Source: a bacterium
GTDB lineage: Bacteria; Patescibacteriota; Minisyncoccia; Phycocordibacterales; UBA918
DNA: 64,000 nt
Reading direction: 5' to 3'
Assembly (NCBI GenBank): GCA_030430425.1
Contig: JAUIFS010000001.1
Location: forward strand, 5,992 to 69,991
Numbering within the stretch: the first letter of the stretch is position 1; the number at the start of each line of letters is the position of its first letter. The notes under the pieces are model-generated. The model saw nothing but the letters and a program-made list of their open reading frames with translations, ran no database searches and was not told the DNA's origin. This document shows, one piece after another, positions 35,144 to 44,407 of this stretch. Position numbers and translations under genes: made by a program.

Positions 35144-35548
35144 ATGAAGAAGAATGCTTATACAACAAAAGAAACAGGTAATTTAGGTGAAAGACTTGCC
35201 TGTGAGTATCTTGGGACGCAAGGATATATCATTATGGAGCGCAACTATTGGAAAAAATATGGTGAAATAGATATTATTGCTAAAAAAGATGGAATTATTC
35301 ACTTTATAGAGGTGAAAACTGTTTCATATGAAACAAAACAAGCTCTTGAGTATGCTGTTTCCCATGAAACATGGCGTCCAGAAGAACAGGTGACAGACAG
35401 GAAGCTTCACCAGATAGAAAAAGCACTAGAGACTTGGATTTCTGAGCGCCAGTATGAAGGGGAGTGGCAAATAGATGTAGCTGCAGTACGCATTGTACCA
35501 CGTGAAATATATGCAGCAGTCAACTATATTGCGAATATCATTCAATAA
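35144..35548 (+). CDS. yraN: YraN-family (UPF0102) predicted endonuclease
   Basis: GERLACEYLGTQGYIIMERNYWKKYGEIDIIAKKDGIIHFIEVK matches the YraN/Holliday-junction-resolvase-like core. Confidence 0.8.
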   Translation: MKKNAYTTKETGNLGERLACEYLGTQGYIIMERNYWKKYGEIDIIAKKDGIIHFIEVKTVSYETKQALEYAVSHETWRPEEQVTDRKLHQIEKALETWISERQYEGEWQIDVAAVRIVPREIYAAVNYIANIIQ

Positions 35549-35755
35549 ATGACTACAATTGGTACTATCTTGTCTAAAGGACATGTGTCTTTTAAAGGAG
35601 TCAGTCCCAGAAGTGCTGGCAGTAGTTGCGATTTCTTGAGGCAACTTCGGTGTTCAGTGTATTGCTGAAGAGGATTGAATTTTAATATGTTTTAAGTATT
35701 TTGTTTACAGCCATTTAACATTCCGGCAGAGCTTTCGATTCTGGTTCGTAAATAT

Positions 35756-35785
35756 AAAGTGCCCAGACCTAGGTCTGGGCACTTT
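35756..35785. terminator. palindrome aaagtgcccagacc-tag-ggtctgggcacttt
   Basis: Perfect 14-bp stem; sits between yraN (+) and tRNA-Pro (-); T/A runs on both sides. Confidence 0.75.
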
Positions 35786-35794
35786 ATATTTTTG

Positions 35795-35865
35795 TCGGGA
35801 TACTCAGAATCGAACTGAGGTCTTACGGTCCCAAACCGCACGCACTACCATTATGCTATACCCCG
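35795..35865 (-). tRNA. tRNA-Pro (anticodon TGG)
   Basis: Reverse complement gives CGGGGTA...TATCCCG acceptor (C1-G72, a proline identity feature), anticodon loop TTTGGGA with G37, T-arm CTCAG-TTCGATT-CTGAG. No CCA encoded. Confidence 0.85.
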
Positions 35866-36104
35866 AAAATTTAAAGAATTTTAAATTTTCGTTTAAACAA
35901 GTGATGTGAGAGCTTTAGCTCGAACCAGCTTGTTTCGCGAAGTGTCTTTAAATTCGATTAACCGTCGATCTGAGGCATGAGCCGAAGCAGATGGTTGCAC
36001 GAAGTCAAATATATAAATTCGCGACCAAAATAATACCATAATCAGTTTAAAATGCGAGTCATTAGATCATGTCTGGTACAATTGATGGCGATAGGGAATA
36101 TTTT

Positions 36105-37028
36105 ATGATTACACATTACTTTAAAACATTAAAAGATACTGAACTTAAAGAGGTTGATACGATACGTGCGGGCGTTTGGACGCATGTGGTTGCACCCACT
36201 GAAGATGAACTTGCAAAAGTTGTAGAGGAATATGGTCTCGACGAAGCTATTGTTGTAGACATCCAAGACTTCTTTGAAGTGCCACGTATGGAAAAGTCAG
36301 GAGGAGCAACATACTTTTTCACGCGGTATCCATTTGATGAAAAGGATGAAGACATCGATACTGCGCCTCTGCTTATCATAATGGGGGAGTCATACGTGGT
36401 AACTATTGCAATGCGAGAAGTACCACAGTTTGCATCATTTATAAAAGGAAAGACTGATGTGCATACCACGCAGAAAGCTCGTTTTTTTATTCAAATAATG
36501 GACACACTCACCAAGTCGTTTGAATACGAACTGATACGACTCCGCAAGTCAGTACACAGCGACCGGACAAAGCTACGACGTATCGGTAATCGAGAAATTG
36601 TTCGTTTAGTGAACTATGAACACGAGCTCAACGACATGATTGCTGCGGTAGTTCCGACTAATGCATGGCTCCAGCAGGTAACCACCGGAAACTACATGCA
36701 ACTTTTTTCTGAAGATGTGGAGCTTATGGAGGACGTAATGATTGCAAATAGTCAGTTGATTGATTCTGCACGTTCGGTGCTGAAGACTATTCAAAACATT
36801 CGTTCAGCTACCGAGTCGATTATGGCAAATAAGCTCAACAGAACCATTCAGACACTCACTGTGCTTACTATTATCCTTACCATTCCAACAATTATTGCTT
36901 CCTTGTATGGTATGAATGTTCCGTTGCCACTTTCTGAACACCCCTTTGCATTTTGGATGGTACTTACAGTGATTGTAATCGCAGTGATGACCGTTATTTT
37001 CATCTTTAAGAAAAGTCGATGGTTATAG
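36105..37028 (+). CDS. corA: CorA-family magnesium/cobalt transporter
   Basis: C-terminal two TM helices with YGMN motif (SLYGMNVPLP) and a cytoplasmic N-terminal domain. Start set at the internal ATG (MITHYF...). Confidence 0.8.
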   Translation: MITHYFKTLKDTELKEVDTIRAGVWTHVVAPTEDELAKVVEEYGLDEAIVVDIQDFFEVPRMEKSGGATYFFTRYPFDEKDEDIDTAPLLIIMGESYVVTIAMREVPQFASFIKGKTDVHTTQKARFFIQIMDTLTKSFEYELIRLRKSVHSDRTKLRRIGNREIVRLVNYEHELNDMIAAVVPTNAWLQQVTTGNYMQLFSEDVELMEDVMIANSQLIDSARSVLKTIQNIRSATESIMANKLNRTIQTLTVLTIILTIPTIIASLYGMNVPLPLSEHPFAFWMVLTVIVIAVMTVIFIFKKSRWL

Positions 37029-37030
37029 GT

Positions 37031-37639
37031 ATGCAAAAGCAACTAGTATACATACATGGAGGAGATGCATATGACACCTATGAAGCTTTTTTGCATGACT
37101 TGCAGAATCGTCCGCTGCGCACACCGCAAGGGATCGCTCCAAAGTCATGGTATCAAACGCTTCGAGAAGACCTTGGGGAGAAATTTGAGGTATTTGCTCC
37201 ACAGATGCCCAATAAACAAAACGCAAAATATGAGGAGTGGAAGATTTGGTTTGAGCGACATGCTGCATTTTTACGTGATGATGTTACGTTGCTCGGGTGG
37301 TCGTTGGGAGGTATTTTCTTTGCGAAGTATCTTTCTGAAAATGTTGTTCCTTTCAAAGTGGGGCATCTAATACTCTTAGCTGCTCCATTTAATACCGAGA
37401 ACTTGCAGGATGTTGGGTGCGGTGACTTTCTGCTTGATCCCGAGTTGCTTGGAAAGTTGCAAGACGTTGCACAGCAAGTGACTATTGTGCACTCAAAGGA
37501 TGACTTTGTGGTGCCCTATGAGCATGCACTTTTATACAAACAACTTTTGCCCGTTGCATCATTGGTTACGTATGAAGACAAGAATCATTTTTTGGTGGAG
37601 GAATTGCCTGAGTTGGTTGAGATGATTAAAAATCTGTAG
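37031..37639 (+). CDS. alpha/beta-hydrolase fold serine hydrolase (YdeN/RBBP9-like)
   Basis: GWSLGG (GxSxG nucleophile elbow), about 200 aa; downstream D and H candidates. Confidence 0.7.
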   Translation: MQKQLVYIHGGDAYDTYEAFLHDLQNRPLRTPQGIAPKSWYQTLREDLGEKFEVFAPQMPNKQNAKYEEWKIWFERHAAFLRDDVTLLGWSLGGIFFAKYLSENVVPFKVGHLILLAAPFNTENLQDVGCGDFLLDPELLGKLQDVAQQVTIVHSKDDFVVPYEHALLYKQLLPVASLVTYEDKNHFLVEELPELVEMIKNL

Positions 37640-37671
37640 AGTTTTTGTGTGTAAAAAGCACAACACCTGCG

Positions 37672-37990
37672 TTTACTTGGAGATAAAAATGCTTTGTGCT
37701 TCCATTTCGCTCGCTCCATCTTACAGAGAGCATCGATTCTAAACCGTAAAATCACTTATTTTTGCTGACGCAGAAAATAAATGGTTTTGCCAACTGCACT
37801 CCGCTCGGAAACGTAAGCAAGCTTCCGTTTCGCTCGCTCCATGAGACATTGTGAGAATTTTGAACCGTAAAACTCTTTACTTCGTACATGCGTACTCAGT
37901 AAAAGTTTTTCCAACTGCACTCCGCTCGGAGATAAAAATGCTTCGCGCTTTTATCTCACTCGCTACGTTTGTTGGTAAGAAATCGCCCAT
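37672..37990. repeat. three imperfect tandem repeat units of about 120-130 bp upstream of the ECF sigma gene
   Basis: ccaactgcactccgctcgga at 37790 and 37910; ggagataaaaatgcttYgYgctt at 37679 and 37928; tttcgctcgctccat at 37696 and 37828; aaccgtaaaa at 37742 and 37863. Each unit contains its own hairpin. Confidence 0.6.
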
Positions 37991-38020
37991 TCGGACGTCT
38001 TAAAGTATAATGGTTCTTGT

Positions 38021-38605
38021 ATGTCCGGTCAGGGAAAGAACGACAACATAAAAGGGGACCACGAAGAGCGTTTTTTGAAAGCTTTCGAGGAATATAGCGA
38101 TGCTTTGTTTCGGCATGCATTTCTACGTGTGAGCGATCGTGAACGTGCCATTGATATCGTACACGATACGTTTACCAAAGTGTGGACCTATGTGCGCAAT
38201 GGACACGAAGTTGATCAGTTTCGTCCATTTTTATACAAGGTACTCAACAATTTGATTATTGATGAGTATCGCAAACGAAAAGAAGCTTCACTTGACGCAA
38301 TCATGGAGGTTGATGGTATAGATGAAGGTACGTTTGATGAACTTTCTGAGAATACGGTTGAGTCGCTGGCAGCAACTCTTGATGGGAAAAAAGCATTTGA
38401 GCTTCTGCAAGAGCTCCCCGATACGTATCGGGAGATAATCGTGCTGCGTTTTGTAGATGAGTTAGGACCAAAAGAAATAGCGTCACTTACCGAAGAAACG
38501 GAGAACGTCATTTCCGTACGATTGCACCGTGGTCTGAAACTGCTTCGGAAAGCAGTAGAGGAAAAAGAAAAGGAGACACAAAAGAAACGAACAACAAAAA
38601 AGTAA
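38021..38605 (+). CDS. ECF-type RNA polymerase sigma-70 family factor
   Basis: Region 2 (DIVHDTFTKVW...LYKVLNNLIIDEYRKR) and region 4 (REIIVLRFVDELGPKEIASLTEETENVISVRLHRGLKLL). Confidence 0.85.
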   Translation: MSGQGKNDNIKGDHEERFLKAFEEYSDALFRHAFLRVSDRERAIDIVHDTFTKVWTYVRNGHEVDQFRPFLYKVLNNLIIDEYRKRKEASLDAIMEVDGIDEGTFDELSENTVESLAATLDGKKAFELLQELPDTYREIIVLRFVDELGPKEIASLTEETENVISVRLHRGLKLLRKAVEEKEKETQKKRTTKK

Positions 38606-38613
38606 CATATACA

Positions 38614-40155
38614 ATGAAACGATTTAGCGAACAATTTAAGAAAAAGTCAGAATCAATCCGTCTACGGGCAACCGAACGGGCTGATTTGCGCGATCGTCTT
38701 GTTTCATACATGGAGTATCATCCACTCCCACAAAACTTACGTACTCCTAAAGCTACGCCAAAAAAGCGTGTATCCGCAGGACTTGCTTCAGAGCCGTTTC
38801 GTGCTATTTCAATACATATGGCGTATATTCGCGGATTTGCAGGTGTGTTTGCAATATTTCTTGTCGTAGGCATTCCGTTTATTGCAGAACAATCAGTTCC
38901 TGGGGATGTGCTGTACCCTGTGAAAACGCACATTACAGAAGAAGTACGTGCGTCGTTAAAGCTTTCTCCGTACGCGAAAGTGGAGTGGGAGACACAACGT
39001 CTTGAGCGGCGTGTTGCTGAAGCACGTTTGCTTGCCAGTGAAGGGAAGCTTACTGCGGAAACAGAAGCTAAAGTAGCACAGGCAGTTAAAAATCATACAA
39101 GTGCTGCGCAACAAGAAATTGCACAGATTCGTGAAAATGACGCTGACGAAGCAGCTATTGCTGAGATTACGTTTGCCTCTGCGCTTGAGGTACAGTCTGA
39201 AGTGCTTGAAGGGCATATTGCAAAAATAGCAATGATTGCCACCGATGAGACAGAATCGCAAGAGGGGACGTCCGTGCGCGCACTTGCATCGGTAGTTTCA
39301 GAAGTTGCAGAAGATGCTGAAGATGCACAAGAGGCCGCAACTCCATCGTATGAAAAACTCCTTGGCGGTATTGAGGCTAAAACAACGTATGCCTATGAAC
39401 TCTTTGAGTCAGTACAGTCAGTTGCGTCACCTACTGAAGTAGCAGACATCGAACGTCGTCTAGCAGACGTTGAGCGTAAAGTGGCGTCAGTGATTACTGA
39501 TAATGAAACACCGATGATAGAAGCGGTTGTTGCAGATATCCCTGAGGTAATTGTTGAAGAAACAGGAACCTCGTCTGAAGAAATAGCAACATCGACTAGT
39601 GAAGTTGTTGCTGAAGAAGTGCCCGAAGAGACACCCGTAGTTGTTTCCTTTGAGAAACCTGCTGAAAAAATTGACCGGATTGCAACACTGCGAACAGCAT
39701 TGAAAGATCTGCAAAAACTTATTTCATTCATGACACAGATTGATGTACGAGAAACGGTGACTGTTGAAGAGCTCGTTCCTGTAACACTTACTGACGAGGA
39801 GAGAACTACAGCAGTACAAAAACAATATGCGCAGGCAAATACATATCTAGACACTATTGTGGCGATCACTACGAAGTCTAACGTTGACGAGAAAGTTACC
39901 TTCGCACTTGCACAATTGAAGGATACGCAACGTTTGCTTGACGCTGCAATAGAAGCAGGAGCAGTTACGGATGCTGAGAAATATGCTGCAGAGTTTCTAG
40001 CCCTCGCTGAGGATGCACATACGCATGCAGTAACGTTTCAAGTTGATGATTCTGTAGAGACTGTGTTAGAAGAAGTTGCTACTACAACAGAAGAGATTAT
40101 TGAGGAATTAGAAGACTCTGGACTTGAAACGGAGTCTACAGAAGAAATAAGATAA
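38614..40155 (+). CDS. putative anti-sigma factor / membrane protein with long acidic extracytoplasmic domain
   Basis: Starts 9 nt after the sigma gene; single TM (FAGVFAIFLVVGIPF); Ala/Glu-rich coiled C-terminal region. Confidence 0.5.
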   Translation: MKRFSEQFKKKSESIRLRATERADLRDRLVSYMEYHPLPQNLRTPKATPKKRVSAGLASEPFRAISIHMAYIRGFAGVFAIFLVVGIPFIAEQSVPGDVLYPVKTHITEEVRASLKLSPYAKVEWETQRLERRVAEARLLASEGKLTAETEAKVAQAVKNHTSAAQQEIAQIRENDADEAAIAEITFASALEVQSEVLEGHIAKIAMIATDETESQEGTSVRALASVVSEVAEDAEDAQEAATPSYEKLLGGIEAKTTYAYELFESVQSVASPTEVADIERRLADVERKVASVITDNETPMIEAVVADIPEVIVEETGTSSEEIATSTSEVVAEEVPEETPVVVSFEKPAEKIDRIATLRTALKDLQKLISFMTQIDVRETVTVEELVPVTLTDEERTTAVQKQYAQANTYLDTIVAITTKSNVDEKVTFALAQLKDTQRLLDAAIEAGAVTDAEKYAAEFLALAEDAHTHAVTFQVDDSVETVLEEVATTTEEIIEELEDSGLETESTEEIR

Positions 40156-40183
40156 AAAACCGGCAGCTTCTGCCGGTTTTTTT
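40154..40183 (+). terminator. hairpin aaaaaaccggcag-cttc-tgccggttttttt
   Basis: Immediately after the anti-sigma gene. Confidence 0.75.
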
Positions 40184-40185
40184 CT

Positions 40186-40749
40186 TTATTCTGGGGGTGG
40201 TTTCAAATGGTAGTCTTTAGCATAAATACTAATACCCAAACCTAGTCCGATCCAAAGAGATACGTTCTTTATCATTTCCTTGTCTTTTTGCTTACATGTA
40301 CAAAGACCATTTGTATGGAACCTCATGCAAATGAGTTTCTCTGCATCGCGTAGCTGTTTTAGTGCGGTAAGGATCCGTTTGCACATGTTGTGACTGAGTA
40401 CCTCTGTGTGTTTACAAGTGCACTGTGTAAATGTTTTACAGCATCGTGCACAACAGTTGCTTTGCAGGTGGACTTCTATCAAGTCCCGATTGCTTTTAAG
40501 AAAAAATAAATCCCCACCAAGAAATCCTGTTTCTTCCCAGAGTGTATGTATTAGTTGACACGTCGCGTCGTTGGTTGGAAGTACTGAGTAGAAAGCTTCC
40601 ATTTCAATTACAAGACATGATTGTTCTTTAGACAGCGTACCGCTCAAACGGTGCTTGTGCATGTTTCCGGTGCTTTCTTTGCGTCGCCGTTCTTCCTCTA
40701 TTCTTTCCTGCATCAATGCACTAATACCGAACATTCTATCGATATCCAT
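40186..40749 (-). CDS. Cys-rich hypothetical protein (187 aa) with C-terminal TM segment
   Basis: Cys cluster CCARCCKTFTQCTCKH...C...LCTC; C-terminal LWIGLGLGISIYA; no family recognized. Confidence 0.5.
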   Translation of the reverse strand: MDIDRMFGISALMQERIEEERRRKESTGNMHKHRLSGTLSKEQSCLVIEMEAFYSVLPTNDATCQLIHTLWEETGFLGGDLFFLKSNRDLIEVHLQSNCCARCCKTFTQCTCKHTEVLSHNMCKRILTALKQLRDAEKLICMRFHTNGLCTCKQKDKEMIKNVSLWIGLGLGISIYAKDYHLKPPPE

Positions 40750-40866
40750 TATTTTGTCCTCCCCTTGTATAACGTACTGATCTACTTTGCACTGTAATAC
40801 GCTCTTTGCAAAAATTCAAGAAAAGTAGGGAATAGTAATAATTTAGTTTTTTGTCAAAAAACTTTG

Positions 40867-40894
40867 TTGCAGATGTGTATTCCTTGTGTACAAT
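40867..40894 (+). promoter_or_regulatory. sigma70-like promoter TTGCAG-16-TACAAT
   Basis: Good -35/-10 spacing, about 95 nt upstream of the terminator at 40988. Confidence 0.35.
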
Positions 40895-40987
40895 GCATAT
40901 ATGCATCATGCACAAACATTTTATTTCTGGTTTTACGTTCCGCGAGTTGCTCGTGTAGTTGTTTGTGTGTAGGTACGACTTATGTAG

Positions 40988-41021
40988 AAAACGACCGCGA
41001 GCATATGCTCGCGGTCGTTTT
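40988..41021 (+). terminator. palindrome aaaacgaccgcgagcatatgctcgcggtcgtttt plus cttttgtg
   Basis: Perfect 15-bp stem in the middle of a divergent intergenic region. Confidence 0.7.
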
Positions 41022-41111
41022 CTTTTGTGATTCGATATATTTCTCCAAACTGTGGTGGCATATATCGGCTCACAATACGGTGAGTCGAAAACAAAAAAGG
41101 AGTTCTGTATC

Positions 41112-41402
41112 ATGACACACGCAACGTTTGTTCCTGAGGATAATCAGACGCCGCTACCGGCATTGCAACACAATGGACGGAACATTACACTTGATACGTT
41201 CAAAAAAGAATTGTTATCTACAGGAGTCTGTGCTGTGTATGTAGGACAAGGGAATCATATACACGCATTTCGGGACTTACTCGATGAACCGGAGCTGTAT
41301 ACGCTCTACATGCATCATCGAAAACGCATGTTCCATGTAGATGCGCTTGCGCAAGCACGTATGGAGCATACAGCAGCTGCAGAGCATCCATTTGCGCTGT
41401 GA
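41112..41402 (+). CDS. hypothetical protein (about 96 aa)
   Basis: SD aaaaaaggag upstream of ATG 41112; followed by a terminator. Confidence 0.45.
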   Translation: MTHATFVPEDNQTPLPALQHNGRNITLDTFKKELLSTGVCAVYVGQGNHIHAFRDLLDEPELYTLYMHHRKRMFHVDALAQARMEHTAAAEHPFAL

Positions 41403-41405
41403 ATA

Positions 41406-41436
41406 CACGCCGGCAGTACTGCCGGCGTTTTTCTTT
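41406..41436 (+). terminator. hairpin cgccggcag-ta-ctgccggcg plus tttttctttt
   Basis: Perfect GC stem plus T-run. Confidence 0.8.
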
Positions 41437-41488
41437 TGTGCAAAAAATGCTAGCATCAGTGCACTACTCATAATGTACAGAACACTAT

Positions 41489-42595
41489 ATGGAATCATTA
41501 GCAACAACAACACTTGCATATTTACCAGAGATGATCGCTTCAGTACCATACTTTGGTGAAGTTAATTTTGCACCATATGTAGCAGCCGGGGGATTGTTTA
41601 TTGGGTTGTCAGTACTGTTTAAAGTGGTGCTCGTGCTTGTTCTTTCGCGTTTGCAATATCTTTCGAAGAAAACAACTACCGATGTAGACGATGTTATTAT
41701 TGACGCGCTCTCAAGCATTCGGGCGTGGGTGTACACACTCGTATCATTCTATATTGCGTTGCAATTCTTCATGCTTCCTGAGCTCGTGCAGAAAGGACTT
41801 ACTGCAGTCGTACTCTTTGCAGTGGTGTGGCAATGTATTGAGATAGCGCTCTGTTTTGTGGAGTACGGCGCTATGCGATTTCTTGAAAAGGATGAAGATG
41901 GTGATGGGGAAGTCGATCCCAACTCAGCAACGGCATCACACCTAGTGACGCTTATTGCACGTATCGCATTGTGGGCGTTTGGTATTATTTTTGTACTTTC
42001 AAACCTTGGTATTGAAGTAACCTCACTTATTGCTGGTTTAGGTATTGGTGGTATTGCGGTTGCATTTGCGCTGCAAGGAGTACTTTCTGACTTGTTTGCA
42101 TCGTTTTCTATCTATGCCGATAAACCATTCCGTATTGGTGACTATATTGTTCTTGGTGCTGATTCAGGGACCGTTGAGAAGATTGGCGTGAAAACAACAC
42201 GTTTACGCACATTGCAAGGGGAGGAGTTAGTAGTGAGCAATGCAGAACTGACTACTGCACGGGTACAAAACTTCAAAAAAATGCAGGAGCGCCGTAGCTC
42301 AGTGCAGTTTGGTATTACGTATGAAACCCCTCATGAAAAGGTAAAGGAAATCAATGGTGTGGTTGCGCGTATTTTTGAAGCAATAGATGGAGCCCGCCTT
42401 GATCGGGTGCACTTTACTACGTTTGCTGACTCTGCACTGTTGTTTGATGTCGTGTTCTATGTTGAGTCTCCCGAATACGCAGTATTCTTAGACAAGCAAG
42501 AACAGTTTAACTTCGAGTTGATGGATAAGTTTGCTGAAATGGGCATAGACTTCGCATATCCAACACAAACTCTGTATCTGAAGAAAGAGGTGTAA
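41489..42595 (+). CDS. mscS: small-conductance mechanosensitive channel (MscS family)
   Basis: 368 aa; N-terminal TM helices, then the conserved MscS beta-domain (GDYIVLGADSGTVEKIGVKTTRLRTLQGEELVVSNAEL). Confidence 0.85.
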   Translation: MESLATTTLAYLPEMIASVPYFGEVNFAPYVAAGGLFIGLSVLFKVVLVLVLSRLQYLSKKTTTDVDDVIIDALSSIRAWVYTLVSFYIALQFFMLPELVQKGLTAVVLFAVVWQCIEIALCFVEYGAMRFLEKDEDGDGEVDPNSATASHLVTLIARIALWAFGIIFVLSNLGIEVTSLIAGLGIGGIAVAFALQGVLSDLFASFSIYADKPFRIGDYIVLGADSGTVEKIGVKTTRLRTLQGEELVVSNAELTTARVQNFKKMQERRSSVQFGITYETPHEKVKEINGVVARIFEAIDGARLDRVHFTTFADSALLFDVVFYVESPEYAVFLDKQEQFNFELMDKFAEMGIDFAYPTQTLYLKKEV

Positions 42596-42609
42596 TAGAA
42601 ATGTACAAT

Positions 42610-42645
42610 AAAAAGAGCAGCGCCCTGCAGGGCGCTGCTCTTTTT
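42610..42645. terminator. hairpin aaaagagcagcgccc-tgca-gggcgctgctcttttt
   Basis: Between the convergent mscS and protease genes. Confidence 0.8.
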
Positions 42646-43702
42646 ATTGTACAAGTTCTCTTTGGAGCATTTGTGAGAGAAAGGGGACTAATGTTTCTTT
42701 AAATAGTTGAGAACGGAAGGGAAGATTGCCCCCGAGGTTTCTTTGTAGGGTAAAGCCAGTTTCTTCTTGTATGGTGCGATCAATGTATGAGAGTGTGAGC
42801 GCACGAAGACTTCCTGCGCCATACGAAGCGTCATCGCCGCGTGTAGAGATGATTCCAATAACATCACCTTGTGTATTGAGTACAGGACCACCTGACGCAC
42901 CTTGCTCACCAACGAGTGACCCTCCAATAGTCATTAGGTCGGCATAGTTTGAACCAAAGGTCATCAGTTCAACAATGCTCGTGCTCGCTTGTTTGGGTAG
43001 TAACGGTGCGTTTCCATCTCCAGTTGCAAATGCAGTTCCTGCAGGGTATCCAGCGGCAATGGTTTCTGAATACAGTGCCTGGATAGGCAGTAGTGCGGTG
43101 TCCAATGGTAGCGCAGGAAATGTGCGGGGCATTGGCTTGTTGTTGAGACCCGCAGTTACATACAGAAGGGCATAGTCACGCTCCCCAGTTCCTTTAGGGT
43201 TTTCAGTGGCGATTAATGCTGCATGTTCCTGCACCCATGCAGGAGAGATATAGAGTAAATCAGCTTCATATGTTGCCACAGCTGGATTTCCGGTTCGTAC
43301 AATACAGTCTGTTTGTCCATTGAGTGTCTCAAGCAGGAGAAATTGCGCTACGTGGGCATTGGTGAGAATGACCCCATCGCTATCTACAAAGAAACCTGTT
43401 CCGGTGGTGGTGCGTGTATAGTCGTCTGTTGTATAGGTGCAGTAGATGTTTACCAGCGCCTCTAAAGGTGTGGCGGTTGCAGTGTTTGAGTCGGCATCAA
43501 TAACAGCTCCACTTTGATACGCAGCATTCTCGATGAGAATTTTTGGGATTGAGTTGTATGCAGAACTGAGTTTTGAAAAAGTTGTTTCTTCTTGAGTTGT
43601 ATCTTCGTGTACGAAGAGTTCCTCCACACGTTCAGCGATACCATTAGTCAGCGCTAAGTATGCGGAGAAGAACCCGATGATAATTTCAGTGAGTAGTTGC
43701 AT
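42644..43702 (-). CDS. trypsin-like (S1 family) serine protease with N-terminal signal/anchor
   Basis: ILTNAHV (His), GASGGPVLN (Ser). Start trimmed to ATG (MQLLTEIIIGFF...). Confidence 0.8.
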   Translation of the reverse strand: MQLLTEIIIGFFSAYLALTNGIAERVEELFVHEDTTQEETTFSKLSSAYNSIPKILIENAAYQSGAVIDADSNTATATPLEALVNIYCTYTTDDYTRTTTGTGFFVDSDGVILTNAHVAQFLLLETLNGQTDCIVRTGNPAVATYEADLLYISPAWVQEHAALIATENPKGTGERDYALLYVTAGLNNKPMPRTFPALPLDTALLPIQALYSETIAAGYPAGTAFATGDGNAPLLPKQASTSIVELMTFGSNYADLMTIGGSLVGEQGASGGPVLNTQGDVIGIISTRGDDASYGAGSLRALTLSYIDRTIQEETGFTLQRNLGGNLPFRSQLFKETLVPFLSQMLQRELVQ

Positions 43703-44297
43703 GTGGTGTAAGTATAGCAAACAGATGTGCTACAAGTTTGTGCTGTACCAGAATCCTTTTTGATCAAAATGAAAGACCTGGTCACTAAATGCAACCAGGT
43801 CTACACAAGTCCCCTTATCTTTATAAGGTAGTTAGTACCGTAATCTAACTAGGTAGCCCCATAGGAAATCATTGAGCCACAGCCTCATCGCCGGCTATTC
43901 AATGCATATCGCAGACGAGCACGTCCGTCGTCAACTTGTGTTCAGACAAAATATAACAAAGCAAAGTGTTTATGACAACACAAACATCACCGAGTTTTAT
44001 ATTTAATGAGTTGAAGCAGAGGAGTTTCTGTCTACGGTGGTGGTACACCCTTTAGTACCCCGCCTACTACACAAGTAGCATTTCCCGAGCATACCTCCTG
44101 GCGCAGGTTACTAAAGCACTTTGTGCTGTAAGTACTTGCCCTCCTTACAGGAGCTGTACACCTTGTCCGTATTTCTGTTCGTAAACTCCAGAAATCTTGG
44201 AAAAGGTCTTGCGAAGCTCCAAGTATTCGCTTCTCACCCAGCGCACTCGTTTTCTTTTTAGGAATAAAAGAAAACATCGTTTACGCTTCACAAAACT

Positions 44298-44327
44298 AAA
44301 AAACAGTCCGCAGGGACTGTTTTTCTT
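44298..44327. terminator. hairpin cagtcc-gcag-ggactg flanked by A6 / T5
   Basis: Downstream of tRNA-Gly(TCC) on the minus strand. Confidence 0.6.
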
Positions 44328-44336
44328 AACGTTTTG

Positions 44337-44407
44337 TGCGGGATAGGGGAATCGAACTCCTGACCTCTGCTTGGAAGGCAGATGTTATACCATTTAACTA
44401 ATCCCGC
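44337..44407 (-). tRNA. tRNA-Gly (anticodon TCC)
   Basis: Reverse complement gives GCGGGAT acceptor, D-stem GTTA/TAAC, anticodon stem TCTGC/GCAGA with loop CTTCCAA, T-loop TTCGATT (one A-C mismatch in the T-stem). No CCA encoded. Confidence 0.8.

Noticed and set aside
37672-37990. Possible CRISPR array suggested by recurring 20-nt words
   Set aside because: The units are about 120 bp and imperfect, and the shared words are interspersed with unique sequence of irregular length. There is no short identical repeat alternating with similar-sized spacers, and no cas genes nearby. Called a tandem repeat instead.
44032-44277. 81-aa ORF (-) in the hairpin-dense region
   Set aside because: It has no SD, spans several perfect stem-loops, and has an odd Cys/Arg-rich composition. 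The region is more likely a structured non-coding region.
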